Positions 28,217-38,631 of a DNA stretch of 64,000 bases are shown one piece after another. Every line of letters starts with the position of its first letter. The first letter of the stretch is position 1. Source of the stretch: an uncultured Gammaproteobacteria bacterium. GTDB taxonomy: Bacteria > Patescibacteriota > Microgenomatia > UBA12405. The notes under the pieces were generated by a model that saw only the letters and a list, made by a program, of their open reading frames with translations, was not told the origin of the DNA and did not search any database. The position numbers and the translations under genes are program-made. The DNA lies in contig CAZCYZ010000002.1 of the NCBI GenBank assembly GCA_964503465.1, forward strand, positions 70,995 to 134,994, given 5' to 3'.

Positions 28217-28312
28217 TCTAGGGCGATTATAACATTTTTTAAGGGAGCAATAAGGAGAAACTGCGGGGATTAAAATTAGAAGGTTTTTTTATGGCTTTGT
28301 TGTTATGTAGTT

Positions 28313-29002
28313 ATGGTGAATGAGGTTACCGAGGTACCAAAACTTACCGAACAGACTCACATGGTTGGACAGCGAGCTTCAGTGAGGTATTTTGACCCTA
28401 GGGATAAAGAGGATATTCGACGACTTTTGGGGATAATAAGAGATTCACAAGTGCAAAAATGGGTAGACGGAGTCGAGGGTATGAACAAAGGGGACGTGGT
28501 GAGATGGTCGCGCCAGAGAGGAAAAGATGAACAAGAAGAATGTTTGTTTGCTGTGTCCGGATCTTCGGACTTTGTGGGAGATAATGAGGTTGGGGAAGTT
28601 CAGGCATTTGTTAATACTTACTTGGTGGGGGAGGAACTGAGAGGGCGAATGGTAGGAGAAGGTGTGGTGCCGGAGAATCGAAATGTTGTTGAAGTAAGTT
28701 ATGCTAGAAATCCTCGAACAAAACCAGGTCAAGTTGCTAGCGGATTGGTTCAAGTGTGTTTTCTATTAAACGAAATGATGGGCCATGATAGGGAGGAGGT
28801 AGTTCCATCGCTGCCGATTGTGGCTTTTGTTGATGAGCAAAATGTTGGTTCTATTGGGGTATTGGAACGTGCTGGTTTTGTACAGGCCGGAGAGATTCTT
28901 TATGATCAAGGTGATGCTAAGAAGAATCTTGTTTATAGATTAGATTGGGAGAGAGCTCAGTTTATTCTTCACGAGGAAGCCGATAGGAAATTATCTAAAT
29001 AG
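28313..29002 (+). CDS. GNAT-like hypothetical protein
   Basis: EVSYA and 'VDEQNVGSIGVLERAGF' resemble the RimJ-type N..S..L...GF motif. Confidence 0.65.
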   Translation: MVNEVTEVPKLTEQTHMVGQRASVRYFDPRDKEDIRRLLGIIRDSQVQKWVDGVEGMNKGDVVRWSRQRGKDEQEECLFAVSGSSDFVGDNEVGEVQAFVNTYLVGEELRGRMVGEGVVPENRNVVEVSYARNPRTKPGQVASGLVQVCFLLNEMMGHDREEVVPSLPIVAFVDEQNVGSIGVLERAGFVQAGEILYDQGDAKKNLVYRLDWERAQFILHEEADRKLSK

Positions 29003-29007
29003 GATGA

Positions 29008-30195
29008 TCAACTGTTGGGACGATGTTTTTTTAGGGCAATATATCCGTAGAGTGTAGAGCTGATGATTTCGATAGCCAGGATTATTAGTCCATCGATGAC
29101 TTGGTCACGGTTGGTATTGGCTATTCCTAGTTTGACGGTTTCAAAGGCGAATAAAACAGTTTTGATAACTATCGGAAAGTGATACAGGCTGTAACGAGCG
29201 ATGGCGATAGCTGTTCCGATAAGCATAAATACAGCGTAGGAACTAACGATGATTTTTTGTTGGGATGAGGTATGAGTTGGTGGTGTAGTGTGGGTAAATA
29301 AGTGTCGAAGATAATTTTTCGAATGAATAAAAAGATTGTCGACCCCGGTTAGTTCTCGAACGATGAAATAGATGTCGGTTCGCATGAAAAAAAGAAATTG
29401 CCAGGATATGCCCAACCATTCTATTAATAGTGCTTGTTTGATTAGAGGCGTGACTCCATTTATAATGATAATGCCGTTGAGTAGGCCAATAACTAGTAGG
29501 TCGCTGATGATGCCTGCGGCATAAATGAGAACTCGTTGCCATGACTTTACCTGGTGTAGGTTTTGGTATTCTGTTTGCAGAGTAAGAAACATCAGTCTAT
29601 TGGAGAGAGAAAGTTGGCTGGTTATTTTAAAATGTTTGGCTGTAAGGTAGTGGGCATATTCGTGACTTAGTCCCAGAATCCAGCTTAGTAAAAAGAATGT
29701 AGCTAGAGAATAACTTAGCCGTTGGTGCCAAAAAAAATCGTTGTAGTTCGGTTGAAAATTAGAACCAAACCAGGGTCCAACTAGGGCCAATAATCCTAAT
29801 CCAGCATAGATAACCAATAATGGTTTGGCAAAAAGCAGATTGATTGGGATAAATGATTGGGGTGATTGGTGATTAGGATTCTCTGGCCGAGTGAACACCT
29901 GACCGTCAATTTTTTCAATTAGTCCGTGTTTTAACAACTCTAAAATCATTATTTTGACCCGAAATATGGCTACTCTTGGAGGAAAATTGTGAGGGTAGGT
30001 TTGGGACATTTTTTGGGCAATTTGGCTGATGGTGGAAGGTTGTTTGAGAATTGTGGCTAATGTTTGCCAATAATCATTGGTAATTACGAATGAGTTGGTG
30101 GCGGTATTACCAAGATAAATTTCTTTTTTGTGGGCTGGAAAAGTAGCTAAAGAAAGAGCGGTAATGATGGAAGAATTCTTTAGAGTCAATGACAT
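29008..30195 (-). CDS. M50-like membrane zinc metallopeptidase with N-terminal winged-helix/RRE-like domain
   Basis: HEYAH in a TM, IYAAG, FFMRTDIY; N-terminal soluble domain ending LLKHGLI. Confidence 0.75.
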   Translation of the reverse strand: MSLTLKNSSIITALSLATFPAHKKEIYLGNTATNSFVITNDYWQTLATILKQPSTISQIAQKMSQTYPHNFPPRVAIFRVKIMILELLKHGLIEKIDGQVFTRPENPNHQSPQSFIPINLLFAKPLLVIYAGLGLLALVGPWFGSNFQPNYNDFFWHQRLSYSLATFFLLSWILGLSHEYAHYLTAKHFKITSQLSLSNRLMFLTLQTEYQNLHQVKSWQRVLIYAAGIISDLLVIGLLNGIIIINGVTPLIKQALLIEWLGISWQFLFFMRTDIYFIVRELTGVDNLFIHSKNYLRHLFTHTTPPTHTSSQQKIIVSSYAVFMLIGTAIAIARYSLYHFPIVIKTVLFAFETVKLGIANTNRDQVIDGLIILAIEIISSTLYGYIALKKHRPNS

Positions 30196-30254
30196 GAACA
30201 GTGTCTTATATTATCAACTTCTTGAATTATGCCAGAATTAATAATAAAGTGAGG

Positions 30255-30401
30255 ATGATGTCTATTGATAACAATAAATCATCGACCGGCGCTACCAAGG
30301 TAACAACGATGGTCAAATGTCCAAAGTGTGGACATGAATATCAGGTTGAGGTAGAAGTGCCGGAGAAGACTGAAACACCAAAAATGACTTGGCAGACCTA
30401 G
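30255..30401 (+). CDS. 48-aa small protein with CPKCGH
   Basis: ATG after GAGG; a single CxxC knuckle. Confidence 0.6.
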   Translation: MMSIDNNKSSTGATKVTTMVKCPKCGHEYQVEVEVPEKTETPKMTWQT

Positions 30402-30402
30402 T

Positions 30403-31599
30403 ATGTCAGGGGAAACTCTTGGTAGTGGGTTTCGACCTTTGGAGGAAGGTGAGTTGGGGTTTGAAATAGTTGAGGCGTTTCGGAGGAGAGATCCTAATGT
30501 AACTGGGATAGTTGTTGACACAGTGATGGCGGCGAAGTTTAGATTGGAAGCGGGGAAATTGGGTGTTCATGAGTATAGTTGGGCGTTGCTTCGAGTAACA
30601 GACACATTGGTTGGGGATTTTGAAGGGCTTCGAAGTTCAGGAACACAGCCACATCCATATCAACCAGCAGAAGTACGTGCCTTACAAGTGTATCGAGAAT
30701 TACGACCAGATGTGCGAAAAATTATCGGAGAAGTGGCGGGACAGATTCATAGTGATGATGATTTGAGGGGGTTGTTGGAAATGGTACAAAGGGCTATTAA
30801 GTGGGATAAGATTATGGGAATTATTTCTGATAGTGTGATGGAGCAGAATGGGAGAATTATTGACCATGCTTTGGCTATTTCTTTGTCGCCGGTGGAGGCT
30901 GCAGTGGAACTTCGTCGAATACGGGAAGAACAACAGCTGGCAGAGAGTCAAGTTTGGGGATCTGCAAGTCCTTACGCTTATGTTGATTGGCAGAATAATT
31001 TAGCGGTGATTGAGGCAAGTTTGGCAATAGCACTATCAATGACGTCTGATGTTGATGATGTGATTGAGGTTTGGGAGTCGGCTGGTGTTAGTTTGAGAAA
31101 TTCGATGGATAGCTTGAGTTGGCATACCAACAAAGGTTCGGCTGAGTTTAGACAACGATCAGTGACAGCGGTAGCCAATGAGGTTTTGATTGGGATCAGT
31201 CGGTTGCATCTGGGCTTGTGTTGGTTGTTGAATGATGCTGAGACATCTTTGTGTTTTGAGGGTACTGTTAAGGCATTGGAAGGTGCTGTCACGGGTTTGG
31301 GGGATGTTGATCAGCAAGAACTGCGTGAGTACATTGAACCAACTTTGGCAATTCGTTTGGCTCATGTCTTAGTTTTGACCAAGGGGCGATTTTTGAAATA
31401 TTGTTCGCCGGAGTTGTTTGATAGATTCCAAAAGGTGGCGGGTTTTTTTGGCGTTAGTGGCAATAGTCTTGCAGCTTTGACTGATGGAGTTATGAAGCGT
31501 GCTGAAAAGTTAACTGAAGAATCTACTTTTGATGATGGAGCGGAGTATAGGCGGTTGGTGCAGATAAGAGGGTATGTGTCTGGTCGAGTGTCGCTTTAA
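30403..31599 (+). CDS. Orphan, probably all-helical, protein
   Basis: 398-aa ORF with no recognised motif. Confidence 0.75.
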   Translation: MSGETLGSGFRPLEEGELGFEIVEAFRRRDPNVTGIVVDTVMAAKFRLEAGKLGVHEYSWALLRVTDTLVGDFEGLRSSGTQPHPYQPAEVRALQVYRELRPDVRKIIGEVAGQIHSDDDLRGLLEMVQRAIKWDKIMGIISDSVMEQNGRIIDHALAISLSPVEAAVELRRIREEQQLAESQVWGSASPYAYVDWQNNLAVIEASLAIALSMTSDVDDVIEVWESAGVSLRNSMDSLSWHTNKGSAEFRQRSVTAVANEVLIGISRLHLGLCWLLNDAETSLCFEGTVKALEGAVTGLGDVDQQELREYIEPTLAIRLAHVLVLTKGRFLKYCSPELFDRFQKVAGFFGVSGNSLAALTDGVMKRAEKLTEESTFDDGAEYRRLVQIRGYVSGRVSL

Positions 31600-32195
31600 G
31601 AAATGAGGAGATAATCAATAGCACTTTTGGGGTCGACGTTGGATTCGATCATGTCAATGGCTTTAATTATTTTTTTGATAATCTTGGCGTTTTGGGGGTT
31701 TTGAGGAAGAGTTTGATGATAAGCAGTTAGCTGGTGACGAAGGAAAGGTAAAACTGATTCTTTGTCGGCAGTAATTTTTTCTGATTGAAGTAAATTTGTT
31801 TTGAGGTCGGGACTAATCTTAAGAAGCGGGATGGATGAAACTATGGTGGGAGAAATTGTTTTGACAATGGAACAACGGGAAATAATGGTTGGTAGAAGAG
31901 CGGTGGGTTTGTCAGTAGTTAGAACTATATAATTGTTTGGGCCAGGTTCTTCGAGGGTCTTAAGTAGGGCGTTTTGGGATTCGGTTCCGAGTTGGTCAGC
32001 CTGATAAATGACGACTAATTTGTTTTGATGGGAGTAGGGTTTTCGGGATAAAAAGTTGCTAATGTTTCTAACTTGGGCAATTGAATAGTCAGAATCAATA
32101 ACTAGTAAATCTGGCTGGCCGGTTTGAAGTTCTGTCAGAATTGGTTTGATGTCGGGATTGGAGGAAACAATGACGGTTGAAGGAAAAATGGCCAT
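31596..32195 (-). CDS. holB: DNA polymerase III delta-prime-like subunit (reduced)
   Basis: SQNALLKTLEEP, LLPTIISRC. Confidence 0.85.
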   Translation of the reverse strand: MAIFPSTVIVSSNPDIKPILTELQTGQPDLLVIDSDYSIAQVRNISNFLSRKPYSHQNKLVVIYQADQLGTESQNALLKTLEEPGPNNYIVLTTDKPTALLPTIISRCSIVKTISPTIVSSIPLLKISPDLKTNLLQSEKITADKESVLPFLRHQLTAYHQTLPQNPQNAKIIKKIIKAIDMIESNVDPKSAIDYLLIS

Positions 32196-32300
32196 AGCGT
32201 AAGATGATTATATAAAACATCTTCGAACTTGCGTTCGAGTTGTTCTATGTTACGTTTTATGGAAAATTTTATTGATATCGTGTAATAGATTAGAATAATT

Positions 32301-34040
32301 ATGACCGATACTGCCCAAAAGATATATAAAAATATTCGTGAGGTTCTAGTAGACAAAGGTTTGATAGAACAAAATCAGGCCGATGAGGTGGGACTAAGGC
32401 AGGTAAAGACAGGTGAGCCGGAAGAGGAGATAATCAAGTCGTTAAGATTGGTGGACGAGATTGATTTTACTAAAGCTAAGGCGGAATTTATTCGAGTACC
32501 TTATGTTGATTTGGAAACGATCGGATTTTCTCCTGAGGCTTTGAGCTTGGTACCGCAAAGTGTGGCTCAAAAGTATAAGCTCGTCCCCTACCGGTTGGAT
32601 ACAAAGAATAATTGGCTTTATGTGACGATGGTTAATCCGTTGGATTTGGAAACAGCGGAGTTTTTGGAAAAGAAAACGAACCTGAAAGTCAAGACAGCCA
32701 TGTCGACGGAGAAACAAATTGAAAGTTTTATTCGAGAAAAGTATGAAAGGGAGCGAGGAATTACTTCAGAAGTAACTAAAGCCTTAGATGAAAGGAAGAA
32801 GGAGGAAGTGGTAGTGGCAGAGGCGAGGAAAGCGGTTTCGGCTGAGGCCCCGGTGGCCAAGATTGTATCGACAATTTTGGAATATGCAGTAAAATCCCGG
32901 GCTTCCGATGTCCACATAGAGGCGCAGGAGGAAAATATTAGGGTGAGATACCGGATTGATGGAATACTACAAGAGAAATATTTGTTACCCAGAAATGTAC
33001 ACGAGGCAGTGGTGTCGAGGATCAAAATATTGTCGAATTTAAAGATTGACGAAAAGCGAGTCCCTCAGGATGGCCGGTTCTTTTTTACCTTTGATGGGAA
33101 TGATGTTGACTTGCGGGTATCAACTTTACCGACTACTTATGGGGAGAAGGTGGTGATGAGGTTGCTAAAGAAATCACAAAAGGTGCCAACTTTGCCTGAG
33201 TTGGGTCTGCGAGGTTTGGCCTTGAAAAATTTGATGGAAGCGATCGAAAGACCCCATGGAATTATTATTGTTTGTGGACCTACAGGTTCGGGTAAAACGA
33301 CAACTTTGTATTCGGTTCTAAGTATTGTGGCGACATCAAAAGTTAATGTAGTAACAATTGAGGATCCGGTTGAATACCAAATGAAAGGAGTGAATCAGGT
33401 TCAAGTGAATGTACAAGCGGGTTTGACTTTTGCTTCGGCGTTGCGGTCATTCTTGCGTCAGGATCCAAATATTATGATGGTGGGAGAAATTCGGGATGTG
33501 GAGACAGCAGAGTTGGCGGTAAATGCGGCCCTGACTGGTCATTTAGTATTTTCAACTCTCCATACTAATGATGCTGCAGGGGTACCACCTAGATTATTGG
33601 ATATGGGGGTGGAGCCGTTTTTGTTGGTGTCGTCTCTTAACTGTGTGGTAGGACAGCGGGTTTTGCGGAAGGTGTGTCCTAATTGTGTTGGTGAAGCGGA
33701 AATATCACCTGAAGTAGAAAATGACCTAAAAACAACTTTGGGGTCGATATATGACATGATTGGCGAAAAATGGAAAAAGGATGGGAAGACTTTGAAATTG
33801 CCTAAAATTACGGGCTGTGAAAAATGTAATAACACTGGATACTTGGGACGAGTTGCCATTTATGAAGTGATGCCGATTTCGGAGAGGATCGGGAAGTTGG
33901 TGGTGGAAAAAGCGGCGGCTTCGGAAATTCAAAGGCAAGCAATGTCGGAGGGAATGTTAACAATGAAACAGGATGGCTATGTTAAGGTGCTTGAAGGAGT
34001 AACTACCATGGAGGAGGTCTTGAGGGTGGCGCAATACTAA
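32301..34040 (+). CDS. pilB: Type IV pilus assembly ATPase
   Basis: ASDVHIE, GPTGSGKTT, LRQDP, tetra-Cys motif. Confidence 0.96.
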   Translation: MTDTAQKIYKNIREVLVDKGLIEQNQADEVGLRQVKTGEPEEEIIKSLRLVDEIDFTKAKAEFIRVPYVDLETIGFSPEALSLVPQSVAQKYKLVPYRLDTKNNWLYVTMVNPLDLETAEFLEKKTNLKVKTAMSTEKQIESFIREKYERERGITSEVTKALDERKKEEVVVAEARKAVSAEAPVAKIVSTILEYAVKSRASDVHIEAQEENIRVRYRIDGILQEKYLLPRNVHEAVVSRIKILSNLKIDEKRVPQDGRFFFTFDGNDVDLRVSTLPTTYGEKVVMRLLKKSQKVPTLPELGLRGLALKNLMEAIERPHGIIIVCGPTGSGKTTTLYSVLSIVATSKVNVVTIEDPVEYQMKGVNQVQVNVQAGLTFASALRSFLRQDPNIMMVGEIRDVETAELAVNAALTGHLVFSTLHTNDAAGVPPRLLDMGVEPFLLVSSLNCVVGQRVLRKVCPNCVGEAEISPEVENDLKTTLGSIYDMIGEKWKKDGKTLKLPKITGCEKCNNTGYLGRVAIYEVMPISERIGKLVVEKAAASEIQRQAMSEGMLTMKQDGYVKVLEGVTTMEEVLRVAQY

Positions 34041-34076
34041 ATTAATTTTTAATTTATAATTTTTTAGTTTTTAATT

Positions 34077-35138
34077 ATGGATCAGAAGATAACTGAGATT
34101 TTAGAGTTGGCAGTGGCCAATGGAGCCTCGGACGTTCATTTGTACGAAAATCAGGCCCCTAAGATTCGAATTCATGGAGAGTTGACGGCGATAAACGTGG
34201 GTGAATTTAATGATGGTGTGTCGCTCGAAACGTTAATGTCGATGCTACGACCCGAACAAGTGGAAAAGCTTAAGTCCGATCGGGAGTTGGATTTTTCACT
34301 GTCGATTGCTAGTGCTCGTTTTCGAGTGAATGCTTATTATCAGCGAGGAGGAGTAGCGGTGGCCCTGCGGGTGGTTAATGATGAAATTCCGACGATGGAT
34401 AGCCTGAAGTTACCAGAGATTCTTCATTCTTTTGCTAAGTTAAGACAGGGTTTTATTTTAATAACCGGTCCGACTGGCCATGGAAAATCGACTACGGTAG
34501 CGTCGATGCTTGATGAGATTAATGGGAGTGGCCAGTCGCATATTGTGACGGTGGAGGATCCAATCGAGTATTTGATTAAACCAAAAAAATCACTGATATC
34601 TCAGCGTGAATTAGGAAGCGATACTTTAAGTTTTGCTTCGGCCCTAAAATCCTGTTTGCGACAGGATCCAAACGTGGTATTTGTGGGGGAAATGAGGGAT
34701 TTGGAGACAATTTCGGCAGCGTTGACGGTGGCCGAAACGGGGCATTTGGTGTTCTCCACACTTCATACTAATTCAGCTTCCCAAACTATCAGTCGTATTA
34801 TTGATGCTTTTCCGGAAGGGTCGAAGGACCAAATACGGGTTCAGTTGGCCGAGGTAATAACAGCAGTAATTTCGCAACGATTGGTGCCAGCAATCAACGG
34901 AGGTCGGGTGCCAGCAATGGAAGTATTGATAGCCCTGCCGTCGGTGAAAAACATCATTCGGGATAACAAAGCTTTTATGATTGACAATGTGATCCAAACG
35001 GGAACAGATGTGGGGATGATGAGTCTGGAGATGTCCTTGTCGAAGTTGGTGCGGGAGGGGGTCATTAGTGAGGAGGTGGCGATGGCCTATTCGCTTAAAC
35101 CGGCAGAGTTACAGACATATTTAAGGAAAGCTGGATAA
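34077..35138 (+). CDS. pilT: Type IV pilus retraction ATPase
   Basis: GPTGHGKST, EDPIE, GEMRD, AETGHLV, SVKNIIRD (AIRNLIRE-like). Confidence 0.95.
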   Translation: MDQKITEILELAVANGASDVHLYENQAPKIRIHGELTAINVGEFNDGVSLETLMSMLRPEQVEKLKSDRELDFSLSIASARFRVNAYYQRGGVAVALRVVNDEIPTMDSLKLPEILHSFAKLRQGFILITGPTGHGKSTTVASMLDEINGSGQSHIVTVEDPIEYLIKPKKSLISQRELGSDTLSFASALKSCLRQDPNVVFVGEMRDLETISAALTVAETGHLVFSTLHTNSASQTISRIIDAFPEGSKDQIRVQLAEVITAVISQRLVPAINGGRVPAMEVLIALPSVKNIIRDNKAFMIDNVIQTGTDVGMMSLEMSLSKLVREGVISEEVAMAYSLKPAELQTYLRKAG

Positions 35139-36352
35139 TGCCAAAATATACTTTCAAGGCTAGGGATTGGAATGGAGTATTGGTTAGAGGAGAGCTTGAA
35201 CAATCAACTGAAGCAGAGGTGGTGGAGTCGATTAGGGGAAGTGGAATGGTACCAATCTCGGTAGATATGGTGACTAATAACATGTTTACCAGTTTATGGC
35301 GAGGGATTGTGGGTCGAGTGGGACTAAAGCAAATAGCGACTTTCACTCGACAGCTAGCAACAATGATGACGGCTGGGTTGGCACTGACTGATGCTTTGGC
35401 GCTGTTAAAACAGCAAGCAGCGAGTAACGCGGTCATGTTTGAAATGGTGGGACATGCGCAGGACATGGTTAAAGGGGGTCAACCACTGGCTAGAGCTTTG
35501 GAAAAATACGAGAAATACTTTGGGTCGGCTTACGTGGCTTCAATCAAGGCAGGTGAGGAGGGCGGAGTGTTGGAGGAAATTTTAAGGAAACTAGCTGATA
35601 ATTTGGAAAGTGAAAATGATTTTAGAGGTAAGGTTAAGGGAGCAATGATTTATCCAGTAATTGTGATAGTGGGAATGCTGGCGGTAGCGGTAATTATGAT
35701 GGTAGTGGTAATTCCCAAACTGACGAGCTTATATGCCGATTTTGGAACGGCTAAGTTGCCAACTATTACTCGAATATTAATGCAGATATCCGACTTGGCA
35801 GTTAAGACCTGGTTTTTGTTGCCGATAACAGGTTTTGGAATTTACTTTTTGTTGCAAGTGAGTGCCAAAAATCAAGGATTGAGGTTAAAAAAAGATCGAT
35901 TATTGCTTAGAGTACCGATTTTAGGGGAGCTAAGTCAAAAAACAATTTTAGCTAACACTAATCGAACGATGTCAATGTTGCTGTCGGCGGGAATTTCGTT
36001 GGTAGAGGCGCTACGGATTGTATCGGATGTGGCTGGGAATGAGGTTTACAGACAAGCATATCTAAGAATTGCCGAAAGAATCTCTAAGGGTTTTTCAATT
36101 GCCGGCTCGTTTGAAGAAACGGGAATTTTTCCAATGATTGTCAACCAAATGATTACTACCGGTGAAGCTACGGGGAAACTTGATGAGGTGTTGATTAGAG
36201 TATCATCTTATTTTTCGGCCGAGGCTGAACAATCAGTTAAAGCCCTAACTTCGGCAATTGAACCATTAATTATGATTGTGTTGGGGGTTGGGGTGGGGTT
36301 TTTGGTGGTGGCGGTGATTATGCCGATTTATAACTTGACATCGTCTTTTTAA
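35138..36352 (+). CDS. pilC: Type IV pilus platform protein
   Basis: Two T2SSF domains (FTRQLATM, GEEGG.L, AMIYP, GEATG.L, IEP). Confidence 0.95.
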   Translation: MPKYTFKARDWNGVLVRGELEQSTEAEVVESIRGSGMVPISVDMVTNNMFTSLWRGIVGRVGLKQIATFTRQLATMMTAGLALTDALALLKQQAASNAVMFEMVGHAQDMVKGGQPLARALEKYEKYFGSAYVASIKAGEEGGVLEEILRKLADNLESENDFRGKVKGAMIYPVIVIVGMLAVAVIMMVVVIPKLTSLYADFGTAKLPTITRILMQISDLAVKTWFLLPITGFGIYFLLQVSAKNQGLRLKKDRLLLRVPILGELSQKTILANTNRTMSMLLSAGISLVEALRIVSDVAGNEVYRQAYLRIAERISKGFSIAGSFEETGIFPMIVNQMITTGEATGKLDEVLIRVSSYFSAEAEQSVKALTSAIEPLIMIVLGVGVGFLVVAVIMPIYNLTSSF

Positions 36353-36404
36353 GAGTATTTAATGATAAGTAACGATTAAATTTTATAAATTTTAGGAAAA
36401 TAAA

Positions 36405-37112
36405 ATGAAGCAGAAGTATTTTTGGGAGAAAGGTTTTACTTTGGTGGAGTTGCTAATAGTAATTGCCTTGATTTCGATTTTGTCAGTGGCGGTTTTGGCG
36501 ACGATTAATCCAATTGAACAAGCCAATAAGGCCAAAGATTCGACAGTTCAAAACGATGCGGCCGAAGTAATGAATAGTTATGAAAGGTATTATGCTAATT
36601 CTCAATCGTATCCGTGGATGATGCATGGTGATACGTTGGGGGTAGATGACTCGTTGATTTTACGGTCGGATGCGGTTGGTTTTGGAATTTGTGGCTTGGC
36701 GGCAGGTGCAACTGGAGCAACAGCAGATGTGGAGGGTGTTTGTGCTACTGCCACAGAAACTGATGGGACTCCGGGTTTGTTGGTGACGTCGGACGAGTTG
36801 AAGCCGTCTTTTGCGGGAAAAGCGGAGTTCCAGACTGTGGTTACTAATGATGAAAACTCTTTGTGGTTGTATAAGGCCGCTGGGAGTGGTGGTTCGGTTT
36901 ATGTCTGTTACATACCAAAAGCGAAGTCGAATCGTCAACAGACGAGTAAGCTTTATTGTTTGTATGAGAATGCTGGGACTTATAACCGGTGTGCCATTGG
37001 AGAAGATTGTGGTAGCGGTACCAATTGCGCTGCTTTGGATACATCTGATGCGGCTTGGGCTGTGCCGGAGTTGGGTGGGTTGAATGCTACTTATATGTGT
37101 GTACCGGAATAG
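36405..37112 (+). CDS. Probable major type IV pilin
   Basis: G|FTLVELLIV class III signal; followed by its own terminator. Confidence 0.88.
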   Translation: MKQKYFWEKGFTLVELLIVIALISILSVAVLATINPIEQANKAKDSTVQNDAAEVMNSYERYYANSQSYPWMMHGDTLGVDDSLILRSDAVGFGICGLAAGATGATADVEGVCATATETDGTPGLLVTSDELKPSFAGKAEFQTVVTNDENSLWLYKAAGSGGSVYVCYIPKAKSNRQQTSKLYCLYENAGTYNRCAIGEDCGSGTNCAALDTSDAAWAVPELGGLNATYMCVPE

Positions 37113-37137
37113 TTGTATAGAGTGCTGATTAAATTGG

Positions 37138-37161
37138 ACCCCCGCGATGGCGGGGGTTTTT
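37138..37161 (+). terminator. Intrinsic terminator after the pilin gene
   Basis: ACCCCCGC-GATG-GCGGGGGT-TTTT. Confidence 0.88.
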
Positions 37162-37166
37162 GGTAG

Positions 37167-37204
37167 AAACCCACCCCTGTCCCCTCCCTTGAGGAAGGGA
37201 GGGG
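37167..37204 (+). repeat. Palindromic repeat copy E
   Basis: AAACCCACCCCTGT-CCCCTCCCTT-GAGG-AAGGGAGGGG. Confidence 0.7.
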
Positions 37205-37222
37205 AAAAGATACAATATTACA

Positions 37223-37969
37223 ATGGGTGTATTTTTTAAGATAATTTATTTTGTTTTGGGGTTGTGCGTTGGCAGTTTTATTAATATGGCGGTATACCGA
37301 ACAGCGGGGAGGTATGGATTAATTAAGGAGGGCGACCACGAGGGTCGCCCGTACAACAGGGATAGATCATTTTGTGATTTTTGCGGGAAACAGTTGCCAT
37401 GGTTTGAAAATATCCCGGTGGTAAGTTGGGTGATACAAGGGGGGAAAAGTAGGTGTTGCCGGACTCCCCTACCCTGGAGTTATCCGGTGGTTGAGTTGCT
37501 GATGGGAATTATATTTTTGGTAATCGGATTTAATGTTGTCGGTTGGCTAATAATGTCATTACTGATATTTAGTGGGGTGTTTGATGCCAAATATATGATA
37601 TTGCCTGATTTTTCGACCTATATATTGATAATTGTGGCACTGATAGTGGGCCACAATTGGTTGGTGGCAATTGGTGCCGCGGGGTTGTTGTTGATGCTTC
37701 ATGTTGTAACCAAGGGGAAAGGTATGGGCATGGGTGATGTAAAACTGGCGATCTTTATGGGATTATTTTTGGGTTGGCCGGGGATAGTGGTGGCAATGTA
37801 TACGGCTTTTATAAGTGGGGCAATGGTTGGTTTGGGGTTATTGATGATTGGAAGAAAGGGCAGAAAATCGGAGATTCCGTTTGGGCCATTTTTAATACTC
37901 GGAACGGTGATAGCGTGGTATTATGGAAATAGGATATGGGAAATAGTCCAAAGTTGGGTGTTACTCTAG
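37223..37969 (+). CDS. pilD: Prepilin peptidase
   Basis: GSFIN, RSFCDFC, NIPVVSW, GMGDVKL, IPFGPFL. Confidence 0.95.
   Translation: MGVFFKIIYFVLGLCVGSFINMAVYRTAGRYGLIKEGDHEGRPYNRDRSFCDFCGKQLPWFENIPVVSWVIQGGKSRCCRTPLPWSYPVVELLMGIIFLVIGFNVVGWLIMSLLIFSGVFDAKYMILPDFSTYILIIVALIVGHNWLVAIGAAGLLLMLHVVTKGKGMGMGDVKLAIFMGLFLGWPGIVVAMYTAFISGAMVGLGLLMIGRKGRKSEIPFGPFLILGTVIAWYYGNRIWEIVQSWVLL
37330..37354 (-). repeat. REP-like palindrome in-frame inside pilD
   Basis: Minus strand GTAC-GGGCGACC-CTCGT-GGTCGCCC; read as GDHEGRPY. Confidence 0.7.
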
Positions 37970-38625
37970 TAGAAGTTTTGTTGGTGATAGCAATTTTGCT
38001 GATTTTGGCAGTGATTATGGTGGGGACGATCGATCCGATTGAGTTGGTGGGACGAAGCGTGGATGCCAGAAAGAAGAAGGATATTGGTAGAATTAGAGTA
38101 GCATTTGAGGAGTATCAAAGTGATAAGGGGTGTTACCCAACCCAAACTATTATTGATGAATTGAGTGAACAGAGCAATTGCGGGTCGAGTGTGTTTGAGC
38201 CGTGGCTTAATGATTGGCCGTGTGGTTCCAATAATGAGCCATACATAATTTTAATCGACCCCGTGAATTTGGATTGTCCTGGATGGTTTAGAGTGTTGGT
38301 AAACCTGGAGAATCAAAATGATCCGATGATTCCTGATGGTTGGTATCAACGGGGTAGCACTTATCATGTTGGGCCGTATGGAATTAATGATGTGAACTAT
38401 GGGACTTCGAGTACCAATATTAACTGGGATGATTTCTATCTTGATCCGAGCTGTCGTTGGTACGCTGATCGTCATAACTTTGACGATTGTTACACTCGTT
38501 CGGTAGGTGGAGGATGTGCGGGAGCAACTAATAATGCTTGTAGTGGAGATAATTGTTATGCCCGAAGTGACTGCCATTTAACTGAAATCTGCAAGGTTAG
38601 TTGTTGTGGTTCGGCCTGTAATTAG
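37936..38625 (+). CDS. Pilin-like protein with Cys-rich C-terminus
   Basis: G|VTLVEVLLV. Confidence 0.85.
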   Translation: MGNSPKLGVTLVEVLLVIAILLILAVIMVGTIDPIELVGRSVDARKKKDIGRIRVAFEEYQSDKGCYPTQTIIDELSEQSNCGSSVFEPWLNDWPCGSNNEPYIILIDPVNLDCPGWFRVLVNLENQNDPMIPDGWYQRGSTYHVGPYGINDVNYGTSSTNINWDDFYLDPSCRWYADRHNFDDCYTRSVGGGCAGATNNACSGDNCYARSDCHLTEICKVSCCGSACN

Positions 38626-38631
38626 ATTAGT

